This document shows, one piece after another, positions 43,201 through 55,200 of a DNA stretch of 64,000 nt. Under the pieces are notes generated by a model. It had not been told where the DNA came from, searched no databases, and saw only the letters and a list, made by a program, of their open reading frames with translations. The stretch's first letter is position 1. Each line of letters starts with the position of its first letter. Position numbers and translations under genes: made by a program. This DNA is from Sphyrna mokarran. Taxonomy: Eukaryota. Location: contig JAGIQG010000002.1 of NCBI GenBank assembly GCA_024679065.1, positions 64,170,001 through 64,234,000 of the forward strand, read 5' to 3'.

Positions 43201-46200
43201 CCAATCAATTCATTTCTCTCTAAATAACTATAAATCCTATCCCTATCATCTGGTAACATTGTCTACATTATACCAGAGATTACAACTCAAAAGTACATTT
43301 TGGTTGTAAAGCAATTTGGAACATCACGGAAGGTGCTGTATAAATGTAGATTTTGTCTTTCTTTTATTGCATCTGCATGCAGTAGGCATAGAGATTGTAG
43401 CAATGGTGAAATTGGAGACTCAATATTGATTCTTTCACAATCATTAATCACAGAGCAACCAGCTGTTATTAGGAAAGTGGCTACAAAGAAATAATTATAT
43501 TTACAAAACAATTCGACTCTGCAGTTAACCTTCTCCCCAGTCCCGTCAAATGTCTGCTCCAACACTCCAAGGTCACTCTAAGACCCCCAACCTGCCTCAC
43601 TAACCTCACCCTCCAATGTCTCCATCAGACCACCCCAACCATACCCCAAAAAACTCCCTACTGATCTGTCTCTGAAACTTTCCTCCAACCTTCCTGCTAA
43701 CCTCCACCAAGACCAAACCTCTTTCCAAAACTCCCCAAACTTCCCCTCAATGTCTTCAAACCTTCTAAATTCCCCTAACTCCTTGATTCCCTAAAGGCCC
43801 TAACCCTCGACCACCCCCTTCAATCCCCTTTTCCAACCTTCCCCAACGTTCCCTTCCCCAACATTCCCTTTGTTCTCCCCTCCAACCCCTCTCTCTAACA
43901 TTCTTCCAAAATCCTCAACTCCCTCCAATCTTCCTTAAACCATAATTCCCTGTAACTAACCCACTAACGCTCAATACCTTCTTCAACCTCCCCTCCAAAC
44001 CACCCCCACCCACTCTAACTTCAATGTTCCCTCTAATGTTCCCTCTCAAAAGTTCCTCTGATCCACTGTTCCACACGCCAGCTCCGCACCCAGATACACA
44101 CAGCATCCACCTGGTTCTAAAATATAGGGAATAGATTTATATTTCTCAAGCAAGATCAGTCTCAAATAGAATCCCTACAATGCAGAAGGAGGCCATTTGG
44201 CCCATCAAGTCTGTACTGACTCCCCAAAAGAACATCTTGTCCAGGTCCATCCCACAGTCCCCATAAACCCATGCTTTTACTATCCACCTAACCTACACAT
44301 CTTTGGACACTAAGGGGCAAGTTAGCATGATCAATCTTACCCTGCACATCTTTGGACTGTGGGAGGAAACCAGGGCACCCGTGTCTCAGACACAAAGAGA
44401 ACGCGCAAACTCTACACAGACACCCAAGAATCGAACCTGACTCCCTAGTGCTGTGAGGCAGCAGTGCTAACCACTGTGCTGTCCCTCATGTATTGCTGCT
44501 GACCCTCCTGTTTTCTGGTAGATATTTCAAATTAAACTGGAGTCATGAAGCTGCCCAAAGGTCAGGGACAGTGCAACAACTCACTGAAACTAACCTGACA
44601 CTGACATAAAATCAGATTGCACAGCTCGATATTTTTAAGCTGATCTTTCAGATCTGAAGCTCTGGATGCTCAGTGAGATAGGAGAAACTCTGTATAACAC
44701 AGAGCCTGGTTCATTGCTCCCCAACCACCAACCCCCCACATCCCCACCCCCAGTGTTTGGTACCATCTGCATGCCCCTATTCCCCTCCTTGGACCTTTGC
44801 TTTATGCATCCTCAGAAGATGAGCTAATGAAACATCCCCAGGTTGCAATCAGGTAGAAGTCATTAAACTGATGTGAACTTGTCCTTTATGGTGTTATTCT
44901 CATTGTAAAAATCCTTTCAAATGTTACACTTTTCTCAGCAGCATATGTTTCTAACAGTATACAAAGTTCATAATTTCTGCTGAACAGTGTCATGGCACTG
45001 AGAGATTAACTTTACATTTGCAGAATGTTAAATTGCTCCCATACGATTTGTTTGTTTACGATATTTCATCTTCTTAATCCTCTGTGCATGTCCCAATGAC
45101 TTACTTCACACCTTGCAAACTTTCAATTAAAAGTGAGAAAAATTAGTATTTGCAGCATTTTACAACCTGGTTTGCTTTCTGAGAATATTTCAACATGACT
45201 GGCTGCTTACAATGCTTGAAGGCATCATTATTGCTGGATGCTTGGACGTTCCCTTGGCTTTGCACCAGATTCAAATTGACATTGGGAAAGGAGAAATCCA
45301 CGCCACAGAGGTCACTAGAATTTAGTGGCCGTTCTCTTCGAGGCCAGTGGTAGGGCAGTCATTTTTGCCAGTGACTGCAAAATTGGGGCCATTGTGCTTC
45401 CATTTGACATTCTAATATTTGTCCTCAAAAACAAATCCTAGATTTACAATTGGTTTGTTGTCATCCTAATAATCTAGCTGCCATGTTTAAAACTACAGCA
45501 GAGAAAGCCAACATATACAAAGAACTTCACAGCACAGAAACAGGCCCTTCAGCCCACCAAGCTTGCACAAATATGCCATTTCTATCCCTCTTTTTGCCTC
45601 TCATTTATGTGTCTATCAAGATATACCTTGAACATTGCTAACCTACCTGCTTCCACCACTTCCACTGGCATGGCACTCCAGGCACCCACTAACCTCTGTG
45701 TTAAAAACTTTCCCTGTACGTCTTCCCTAAACTTATCCCTTCTCACCTTAAACCCATGCCCTCTTGTAGATGACCTTTCCACCCTGGGAAAAAGCTCTGA
45801 CTATCTACCTTATCTATGTTTCTCATAATTTTGTAGACCTCAATCAGGTTGCCCCTCAGCATCCATCTTTCCTGAAGAACAATCTAAGTTTATCCAACCT
45901 CTCCTCATCTCTAAAATCCTCCAGACCAGGTAACATCCTGGGAAACCTTCTTTGCACCTTCGCCAAAGTATCCACGTCCCTCTAGTAGTATGGCAACCAG
46001 AACTGCACGCAATATTCCAAATGCAATCTAACTAAAGTTTTATACAGCTGTAACATAATTTGCCGACTTTTATACCTGATGCCCCAGTCTATGAAGGTAA
46101 GCATGCCATATGCCTTCTTGACCACCTTACCCATGTGTGTAGCTACTTTAAGGGATCTGTGGGCTTATACACCCAGGTGCCTCTGTATGACAATACCCCT

Positions 46201-49200
46201 AAGTGCTCTTCCATTTCCTGTATAATACACATTCATAGAACTTGCAAATGAGTGGTTATTAACTGTAAACAGATTCTGGGTAAGCAGGGAGCATAGGGCT
46301 AGTTAACTATCAGGGCTCACATCCCACTAGCCTGCTTCCTGCCTGAAGTGGGGTAATGAGATGATACACCAGATAAGTCATGGGAGAGAGGAGGAGTTAT
46401 TTGCTTGGCAATGACAAGAAACCAAAGTCATATTCAGGCCATTATTAGGAGCAATTTGAATTTGTCTTGGGCTGCATGAGACCCGAACTATATCTGCAGT
46501 TCATTCACTCTGTGGGAGCAGAGCACAAGGTCAGAAAACCATGAGATGCATGTGCAGTGTTCACTTTGATGGACCTGATTGGCAAGCCTGAAGTTACATA
46601 TTGCAAATCTAAGCTTTTCCCCTGCCGCTGGATCCAATAGATTGTGCTGGGTGAAAGTGACTGGCTGCCAATGCCATCATCAGTATTATGCCTTCTTCAT
46701 GTCCTTTACTCTCCTGCTCCCTACAGCCCAGCATCTTGTAACCTTCACAGAGGGGCTGCCGATCACCCTTCACTTTGGCTCTCCTCCATCCATAATTGAA
46801 CAAGAAAACCTGAGGCAGCTCACTAATTGGCTGCCTTCTATAAGATTAAGCCAGGGGATACACTCCTGAAATGTGCAAAGTTGGAACACAGAAATGACCC
46901 TACGTTGAGTTCACAATAAAATACAGTCCCTATTGTTTCTACTCATTAAAGCATATCATCAGAATTTTCCATGAGCCTGAGATATTCGGAAAATATATAA
47001 TTAGATGTTAAATTTTCAAATGTTTTTCTCCAGGTTCTATACCTTTGTCCCTGCTATTGCTATCTGTTCCTGTCATTAAAAATAAACAAATAAAGCTAAT
47101 CAGTTCAATGTAAGAGTAAAATGTAAAACATTCCTCCCTGGTGAAATGCTGTTCAGTATTCTCTTAAACCTGACATAATTCTAAATTTTATGTCTCCTTT
47201 GCTTATCAATCTCTGATACTAGAACATCCTTCTCCACGTAGGCCACTACTACAGACAAGGCTTGCTACTGTGACCATCTCACCACAGTGCCACTGTTCCA
47301 AGGAATAAAGTTGAATGACATGAGCTCTGCACCAGACTTCAGATATTGGAACACCTCACCTTTGCAAGGTGCTCCCCCTGGTGGAAAACTGAATTTATTA
47401 TAAGAGTGAAAGTTACCATTAAGAAAGAAAGCTCCCAATTTACAGCCGTAATTCCGTGGTGATCTGGGGGAATTTCAGGAGTTGGAACAATGACAGGAAA
47501 GTGTACACTTTGTCAATAGCGTAATTAGTTTTCAAGAAAAATGCAACAAAGTACTTACTCAAAATATTTGCTTTTGAATAATTGACTTTCTAAATAATGG
47601 CATTAAACAGTCTCCTTCACGGATGATTTCCAGAGACTTAACATCCCAATGCAAGGGTCCAGCAATCCATGGCTCCTTACATCTGCATCTGCCACCCCAT
47701 CCACCTCATATTTAATATGAATAATGAACAGAAAAGCAGCAATTGTTAACCACCCACTATTTATAATCCCTTACCTCACAAATCTACCTATCAAAGTTTG
47801 GGAATGATGAATTCAGTATTGTCTGAATAATGCAGTACAATTTATTCTTCTATTACTAGAAAGGCAAATGACCATTACTTACTGCCCAGTTCATCAAATT
47901 CACTCTATTGATATTGAGCTTGGATAACTTCAGTGGAGGTAAAAATCAGAAGAGGTGCAAAATGGGCTGCAGATTTAATGCCACCATGTACATCAAGACA
48001 GTTAGAAAACAGTTAATTGGCAACAAAAAAAAACTTTCTGTTTCCGTATCAGAAGATATAAGAGGGCAAAGTTCACAATAAGATAATGTATAAATGCGGT
48101 AATTTCACTTTTCTTATGTATTGAGTCTGGACATCTGTTGAGATCTTGGGCGGGATTTTTCAGCCTCATTCACCCCAAAACTGGAAGATCCCACCTGAGG
48201 TCTTCAGACCTTACCATGGTCTGCCCTTGCCTGCTTCAATTCCTGTAGTTTCTGAAGTCTATTTGTTTACTTGATGAGTTTTATGGCTTGTTCAATGGCT
48301 TCCAATTTTGTAGGTTTTAAAATTCTGAAAATTCTGAATGTAAAGACAATAGTGAGTGAGGGAGTGAGAGGGACTGCTGTTTAATGTGGTCAGAAAGTTC
48401 AGCTACATAGAGAACTACTTATTGCAGCAGAATCACTAGGCTGAAGTTTTTGGGAAAAGAAGTGGGCCTATTAAACTGTCCACTTTGATTATGGCCTACC
48501 TCCATTTCCACTTTGACATCGCCATTCCAACAGCAGGTCTGTCTGTAGACTGTTTAAGATGTGGAAATGCCAGTGTTGGACTTGGATGGGCATAGGAAGA
48601 GGTCTCACAATGCCAGGTTAAAGTCCAACAGGTTTATTTGGAATCAGGAGCTTTTGGACCACTGCCCCTTCATCAGGTGAGTGGAGAGCTCTGCATTTGA
48701 TGAAGGAGCAGCGCTCTAAAAGCTCATGATTCCAACTAAACCTTTTGGACTTTAAACTGGTGTCGAGAGACTTTTTATTAGACTATTTAAGGCCTGGAGC
48801 CACAGAAAATCCCTTCTTCCAGCAGTCTCACACAGAGGTGGGAGCAAGATTCAAGATTAATCCCATCTCTTACCTCCAACAAAAGGCCCTAAATTGTTAA
48901 CATTTTGGAAACTAAAATCGTTAGGCATAGAAGTTTCAGAACAGAATGTAATTTTTGTTTTAGACAAAAACAAGTCAATAAAGAAGTGTATTCCGCCTCA
49001 AAGTAATAGGCTAACAGCAGAAAAGATATACATTTTAATTAATTAGCGGATAGACGAGATGGACCTGGGAAAGGAAAAATCCATGATGATTTTACAACAA
49101 AGTATATTAGTGTTGTGATGTCCTTCAACTGCTGCTGGTTCTGTAATCTCCTCTGATCCTCCTGGCTTCTAAAAGACTTCTTAAGAGATCTCATTCTGAA

Positions 49201-52200
49201 GTGCAATTATGTGCAGACTGTGAAGACCGAAATGATATAGGAAACATTTGGCTGGATTAAACAACGACTTCCTCAGAGGTGTCAAGGTCTTAAATGAGCT
49301 AATTAACTTTCTCGAAGGTGCATTTAAACATGGATCTGGTGGAGGCATATATCTTACTAGATCTATGCCTTGCTGCTGTATTTAGCCACTACAGAGCAAC
49401 CAGAAACCAAGTTACTTGAAGATAACAGTGATGATTTACACCATCGAGACTGAATTGAGCAATATACTATAGACATGGACTACTTGTGGTGAAGCTCATG
49501 CCTGTGAAATTCGGTTGATTGTACACTGCTCTCAGCTGAGGATCAGGCTATATGCTACCAGGCAACTGAAATTCTTTGTGAGGAAGAGAGTTTGTGACTG
49601 TGATTAATACACTTTTGAATTTCTGAGCTAAGAGGTTAAGTGGCTAAAATGCAAATTGTTTGATAGTGGAGCAAAGTAATTCAAGAGAATATAATCTTGG
49701 AGCATTGCACTGCTGAAGTAGGTTGCAAATTTAATAGGTGCAGAGGAAGATCAAGCCTCCTGTATCTTTAAATAGATTATTATAGCATTAAAAATTAGAT
49801 ACTGACAATGAATCTTTACCTTTCATATTCATTTGCTGGCTGTAGTGGTTCAGATTTTGGACCCAGTATCCTTCTCCTACCTTTCTGTCAAACCGTTTGT
49901 GACAATCACATAGACTTTTCCAATACACACCCATAAATGGGAAATACCACGGCCGCCGAGTTCCATATTTACCTAAAATATGAATGTTAATGTTTTAAAA
50001 AATGGAACCAGTAATTCAGAGGTCACAGTTAAAGTCCATAAATGCATTCACTTAAATTGTATCATACTCATTTTAAAAAAGTCTGAAATGCTTTTCATAG
50101 TGAGGGGAGAAAAAAAAGACCACAAATGCAAGTGATAATTAGTTTTATTCAAAAAATGATTTGTTGGGAGGCACATAGGCCTTTCTGGCATTCGGAACTG
50201 AGATGACAAATTAGTGAGTGACAGGTAAGTTATATTTTAGCGCACTGTAGCAAACACTTCATATAAAGTTTCAGGTATACTGATGCAGCTTGACCAGGTG
50301 GAATATGCATCTGCAGGATTGGGAGTTCCTGCAGATGCAAAAGACCCTCGAGAACTACATCTGCTAGAAGTGTCACCAGCTGCAGAAACCTGAGCTCCTG
50401 GATGAGGAACCTGAGTGATGGTTTGTGGTACATCCGCCAGTCTGAGGATTACGTGGATAGCATGTTTAGACAAATGATCATGCCACAATGAAGAAGTACA
50501 GAGGCAGAAGTGATTGCCAGGGTATCTAAAAAATAATCAGGCAGGTAGTGCAGGAGTCTGCTGAGGTTATCTTGCTCTTTAACATTATACTATTTTGGAT
50601 ACAGGTAGACGAGAGGACTGTGGTAAGAACCAAGATCATAACACAGGTGGCTCAGTTGCACAGGAAGGGAGGAGGAAGATTGGAAGGGCTATAGCAGAAA
50701 GAGATTCTATAGTCTAGGGAGCAGATAGGTGGTTCTGCAACCATAGATGTGACAGCATAAACAGTGAGAAACCATTCCCACTCAAGACAGCATCCAAAAC
50801 TAAAGGGTACAGTTTCAAATGAATTGAAAAAAAGGAGTGAAAGTGAGATGAGGAGAACTATTTTCACCCAGAAGTTGGTTGGAGTATGAAGCAAACTTCC
50901 TGAGAAGGTGGTGAGGCAAGATTGATCGAGCTATTTAAAATGGAATTGGATTGCTATCTGAAAAGGAAGAATGTGCAATGTTATGGGGTTAAGGCAGGGG
51001 AAATAGGACTAAATGGAATGCTTTTTCAGAGAGCCAGTGCAGAATCAATGGGCCGAATGGCCTCCTTCTGCACTGTTAAAGATTATGTAATTTTGTGATA
51101 TGCAATTAATGTGAATGTTTGTTTTAATGTCTCATTTAAAGTAATTGAACTGAATTTTATGATGATGTCTCAGAATGCATAAAAAATGTATAAGTATATA
51201 CATGGATTTTCAAAAAGATTTTGTCAGAGAAATGTGCTGCAAAGACTGAGACACAATAAGAATGAGAATAGAGCTGTAATGAGCAATGGTGATGGAAATC
51301 AAAGCAAAAAGCTCTTCCTGAACTAGGGAGGTTATGGGTAGTTATGTCATCATGGAAATATGCTGGGTTCTTTTGATTTTCAAATTGTAGAAACAACTTA
51401 TTAAATTTGGGATCATGTCAAATGAGGACGAGGAATGCAAATAAATACAAAAAGATAGCAGATGAAGTTCAAAGCAGACAAATCTGAAACAGGATATTTT
51501 AGAGAAAATAGTGAGTACTGTTTAAGAGAAAACAATGAACATTTAACATAATAGGAAGAGGAATCTACAACAATAAAAAATGATTAAATTCATAGAAGAC
51601 ATCAGTTGGGACATAGTTTGAGTATTCCATATAGTTGTGGGCATGGCAATATAGAAAGTATATTACTTCCATGGAAAGGTTGAGTATCTATTTAGTTAAA
51701 ATACTATCAGGATCCAAAGGGCATATGGTTTTGAAGAAATGCTTGAAATATTTTTTTGTTATTAGAACAGAGAAGGAAGGACAGAGAGGCTCTAACAGAT
51801 GAGTCCAAATTATGTAAACTTTTGAGAATGTGATCAAGTACATCCCAAGACTACCAAGGAAAAATAGATTCAGAATTATTTTCATAAATGTGATGAAGAA
51901 AGTTAAAAAAAAACATATTTTGACACACAATAGGCCTGATTTTACCATCAAGTTGTGCCAATTTTCGGGTGTGAAAATTTGGTACAGTTGAGTGTGGAGC
52001 AAGTAGTGTGATCTGTGCCCACTGCCGTGCCAGTTCCCCCTTTCCCAAGGCTGAAAATTACTGCAGTTGGGCCTGCACCCAGAACAGGTACAATGGCCAT
52101 TAACATACATTTGCATGCATTTAAATTGACTTAATGGACTGTACACCCAACCTTACCAGCACTTCCCCCTTTACCACCACATTCATCCATCCAGAATTGG

Positions 52201-55200
52201 TGCGAAACACACATGCTTCACAAAAGACCGATTTGGGCACTCCAGTTACAGGTTAGTGCCAAGCCTCCGACGGCTCTCTGCTTGAAATGAATGGGTGGGG
52301 GGAACGACAGTGACGGGGGGTGGTGGAGGTGGGGTCTGCTACCATCCTGCCTGAGATCAATGAGGGGGAAGTGGAGGTCTGCTGCCACTCTGCCTGAGAT
52401 CAGTGAGGGGGAAGGGGGGATCCGCTGCCACTCTGCCCTAAGATCAGTAAGGGAGAAGGTAGGGGTTCGCTGCACTCTGCCTGAGATCAGTGAGGGGAAA
52501 GAGGGGCCTGCTGCCACTCTGCCTGAAATCAGTGAGGAAGAAGGGGAAGGTCCACTGCCACTCTGCTTGAGATCACTGGGAGGTTGGGGAGGGGGTGCGG
52601 GTGATCGGTCTGGGTGGCAAGGGAATGGGAGGATAAAGGGGTCAGTAATGTTGTGAGGGTGGGGCAATGTCTGTGGAGGCCAGAGGGAAGCATTATTCTG
52701 CCTGGGAGCAATGTGGCAAGGGAGCCACATTCTATCTTTTTTTTTCTGCATGCACACAGTTAGAGGCTGCAGGATTTCTGGTGTGTTAAGCCCCACGTAC
52801 AGGCTTGTGCAGCACAATTTGGAATCACTGATTTTTTTTTCAGGCAGAGTGCACATAGGAGTGCTTGAGAACGGGTCTAAAAAGTCGGATCTGAAATATT
52901 CCCAGTTCAAGTCCACCTAACATTTGGAATCAAAATGGTAAAATAGGGCCCAATGTGTAATCTTTTAATTGTGGAATGGTTTACAAATGGTTATTTGGGC
53001 AGAATATGGAAGCATTTTATTGTGAATTTTAAATTTCACTGCTTGGGAGCACATCGCAAGAATGTGGGAATGGAAGTCAGCAAGCCCTATACGTAGGATT
53101 TTCAATCCATCAAGTTTGATGAACAGAGTGTTTTGCAGAGTTCACTGTTCTCTGCACACAATTCTTAATCTATGCTCTTCATTCATCATGTGATTTCATT
53201 AAACTTCTCTTAAAATGCCATTGTAATCGGACCCATATAACTATTTGAAAAAATATATGGAAAGATAGAGGAATGAGAATGCTATAAACAGATCTACCTG
53301 TGAAACTGACAATAGCACATATATGGCAGATCCAATGGTCTCCATCTGTCCTATAATTTCTATAATTCTCTAATGCATTTTGTACTGTATCACAAAATAG
53401 ATTTAACACTTATTCATACTACTTCAATAAAAGTCACTACATAATTTTACAGATATATCTTATTAAAGGTGAACAACTTAGAGGCATGAAATTTAAATAA
53501 CTGAAGTCCAGATTGTTTTAACAGATAACACAGGAGCTCTTGTCTTCTTCTATAATTGTGTTGCATATATTTAAAATAAATTTGTTCTCCTAATTGTACA
53601 GCAGAATCCATCACAAATTTAAAATAATGGGTAATTATAGTGAAGAACAATTATTTGTGGACAATTGATTCTCATACCAGGGAAGACATTATGTAGATAC
53701 CAGCCAAGTATGAGGTATATCATTGAATCAATGACCATCATCCAGCAAATCCAAGCAAAAGATACATTGTCCCCATCCCCAGGGGCGTCATACATGTTAT
53801 TCCATTGGATTCCTAAAAAGACAAAACAATCCAAGTGAAATAAAACAAGATGCAAATATTACAGTTCCTGGAATAGGTGTAATTATACAGAAGCATGAGA
53901 ATTCTGAGTTCAGTAATACATACAAGTTCAAAGTATGAAACTACTGAACATAAATCCAGATTTACTTGTTTCAAATCACTTATATTGACCAACCACTTTT
54001 GAGTTCTGACTCAGCAAGAGTCTCACAATTTCTTTATTGTATTGGGGGAAAAATGATCAGTAAAAAAGGAACTGTTGTTTTACACATCATAATTCATATC
54101 CTTCTCTGACTATTAAAATAACTGAAATGCAACATTATTACATTTAGAAATCAAACTTGCAATTGATTGGAACAAAAGTTGGCATGTGTTTGTTCATTTC
54201 CAATTATTATTTAAACTATAAGTAATAATACTAATGTGAGAGAAACTTGCTGGATGCAAGGTCCTTAAACATACAATAATAAATACTGCAAGAATTATGA
54301 AATGTTATAAACCATTAATGCAGTGAAAAAGCTCAGGCTTTGAATTATTCAGGATTCCAAAGTTATGGCATTCCCTACGTTATATGAGTGAATGAGGAAA
54401 TATGGAACGATTGGATCTTAACATAAATTGTACAAATTAACATTGCCTTTTAATTAACTTTTTTTTAATTTTGAAACCACATTGTAAATCTAACAGGAAA
54501 AGCAAGAGTCCAGCTAAAACCGGCTAATACTCTCTGACACTGCTCCACTAACTGATTACATTGTTATGAAAACTATCCACTTGTTTGTGCCAAAATAGCA
54601 TTGATCACACTGGATAAACACCACCTGTGACTTCTTTCATATGATTTATATAGAGTTACATTTTTAATTTTGAAATGTTTTGAGTATGTTAGGAGATCTT
54701 AATATTTTTCTTCAGGTTATGTAGATTTGCATTCAATTAATTCTTATGCATAAATACATGCAGCTTTCCCAAATTAATTTCTTTACTGCTACAATACATT
54801 CTTTCAGTTTTTTTTAACGAAAGATGGAAATTTGTATGGCAAATTTATGGAGATGTTACGTTTTTCCATTCGTTAAGATGGAAAATTATGAGGATTGCAA
54901 AATTGGCCAAATTGCTGACATTCAGATTTGTTGTGAGTTCTGTTCTTGGTGCTTGTAATATTTCTTTCATATCCCTTTATATTCAAAATACAGATGCTAA
55001 ACATCTTAAAGTACAATGAAGTGTGTTCATCAAAGTGTTAGCAAGCAGCCCATCTTATATTCATGCGTTAATAGATCTGTGCTGATCATTCAAAACTCCT
55101 GTTTTTGTCAGCAATAATTCATGTTCATGTAGAATTCCCCATGCAGAAGAAAATAGTTGATATTCTCTGGCCTTGTACACCCACCACCACTGCCGGCAAC

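Noticed and set aside
45167-45360. Exon-like open stretch on the minus strand (…[21 protein letters not shown]…KANQ|gttgta)
   Set aside because: Available acceptors give the wrong phase or in-frame stops for the phase-1 intron; weak donor; no ABCA similarity
52336-52585. Repeat-spacer-like appearance (CRISPR)
   Set aside because: Intervening segments are homologous purine-rich parts of one tandem unit; no cas genes; vertebrate intron
52218-52916. 232-aa and 121-aa ORFs with repeated SLISGRV/LPEISE units
   Set aside because: Products of a GC-rich minisatellite inside a TIR element; no domain or splice support
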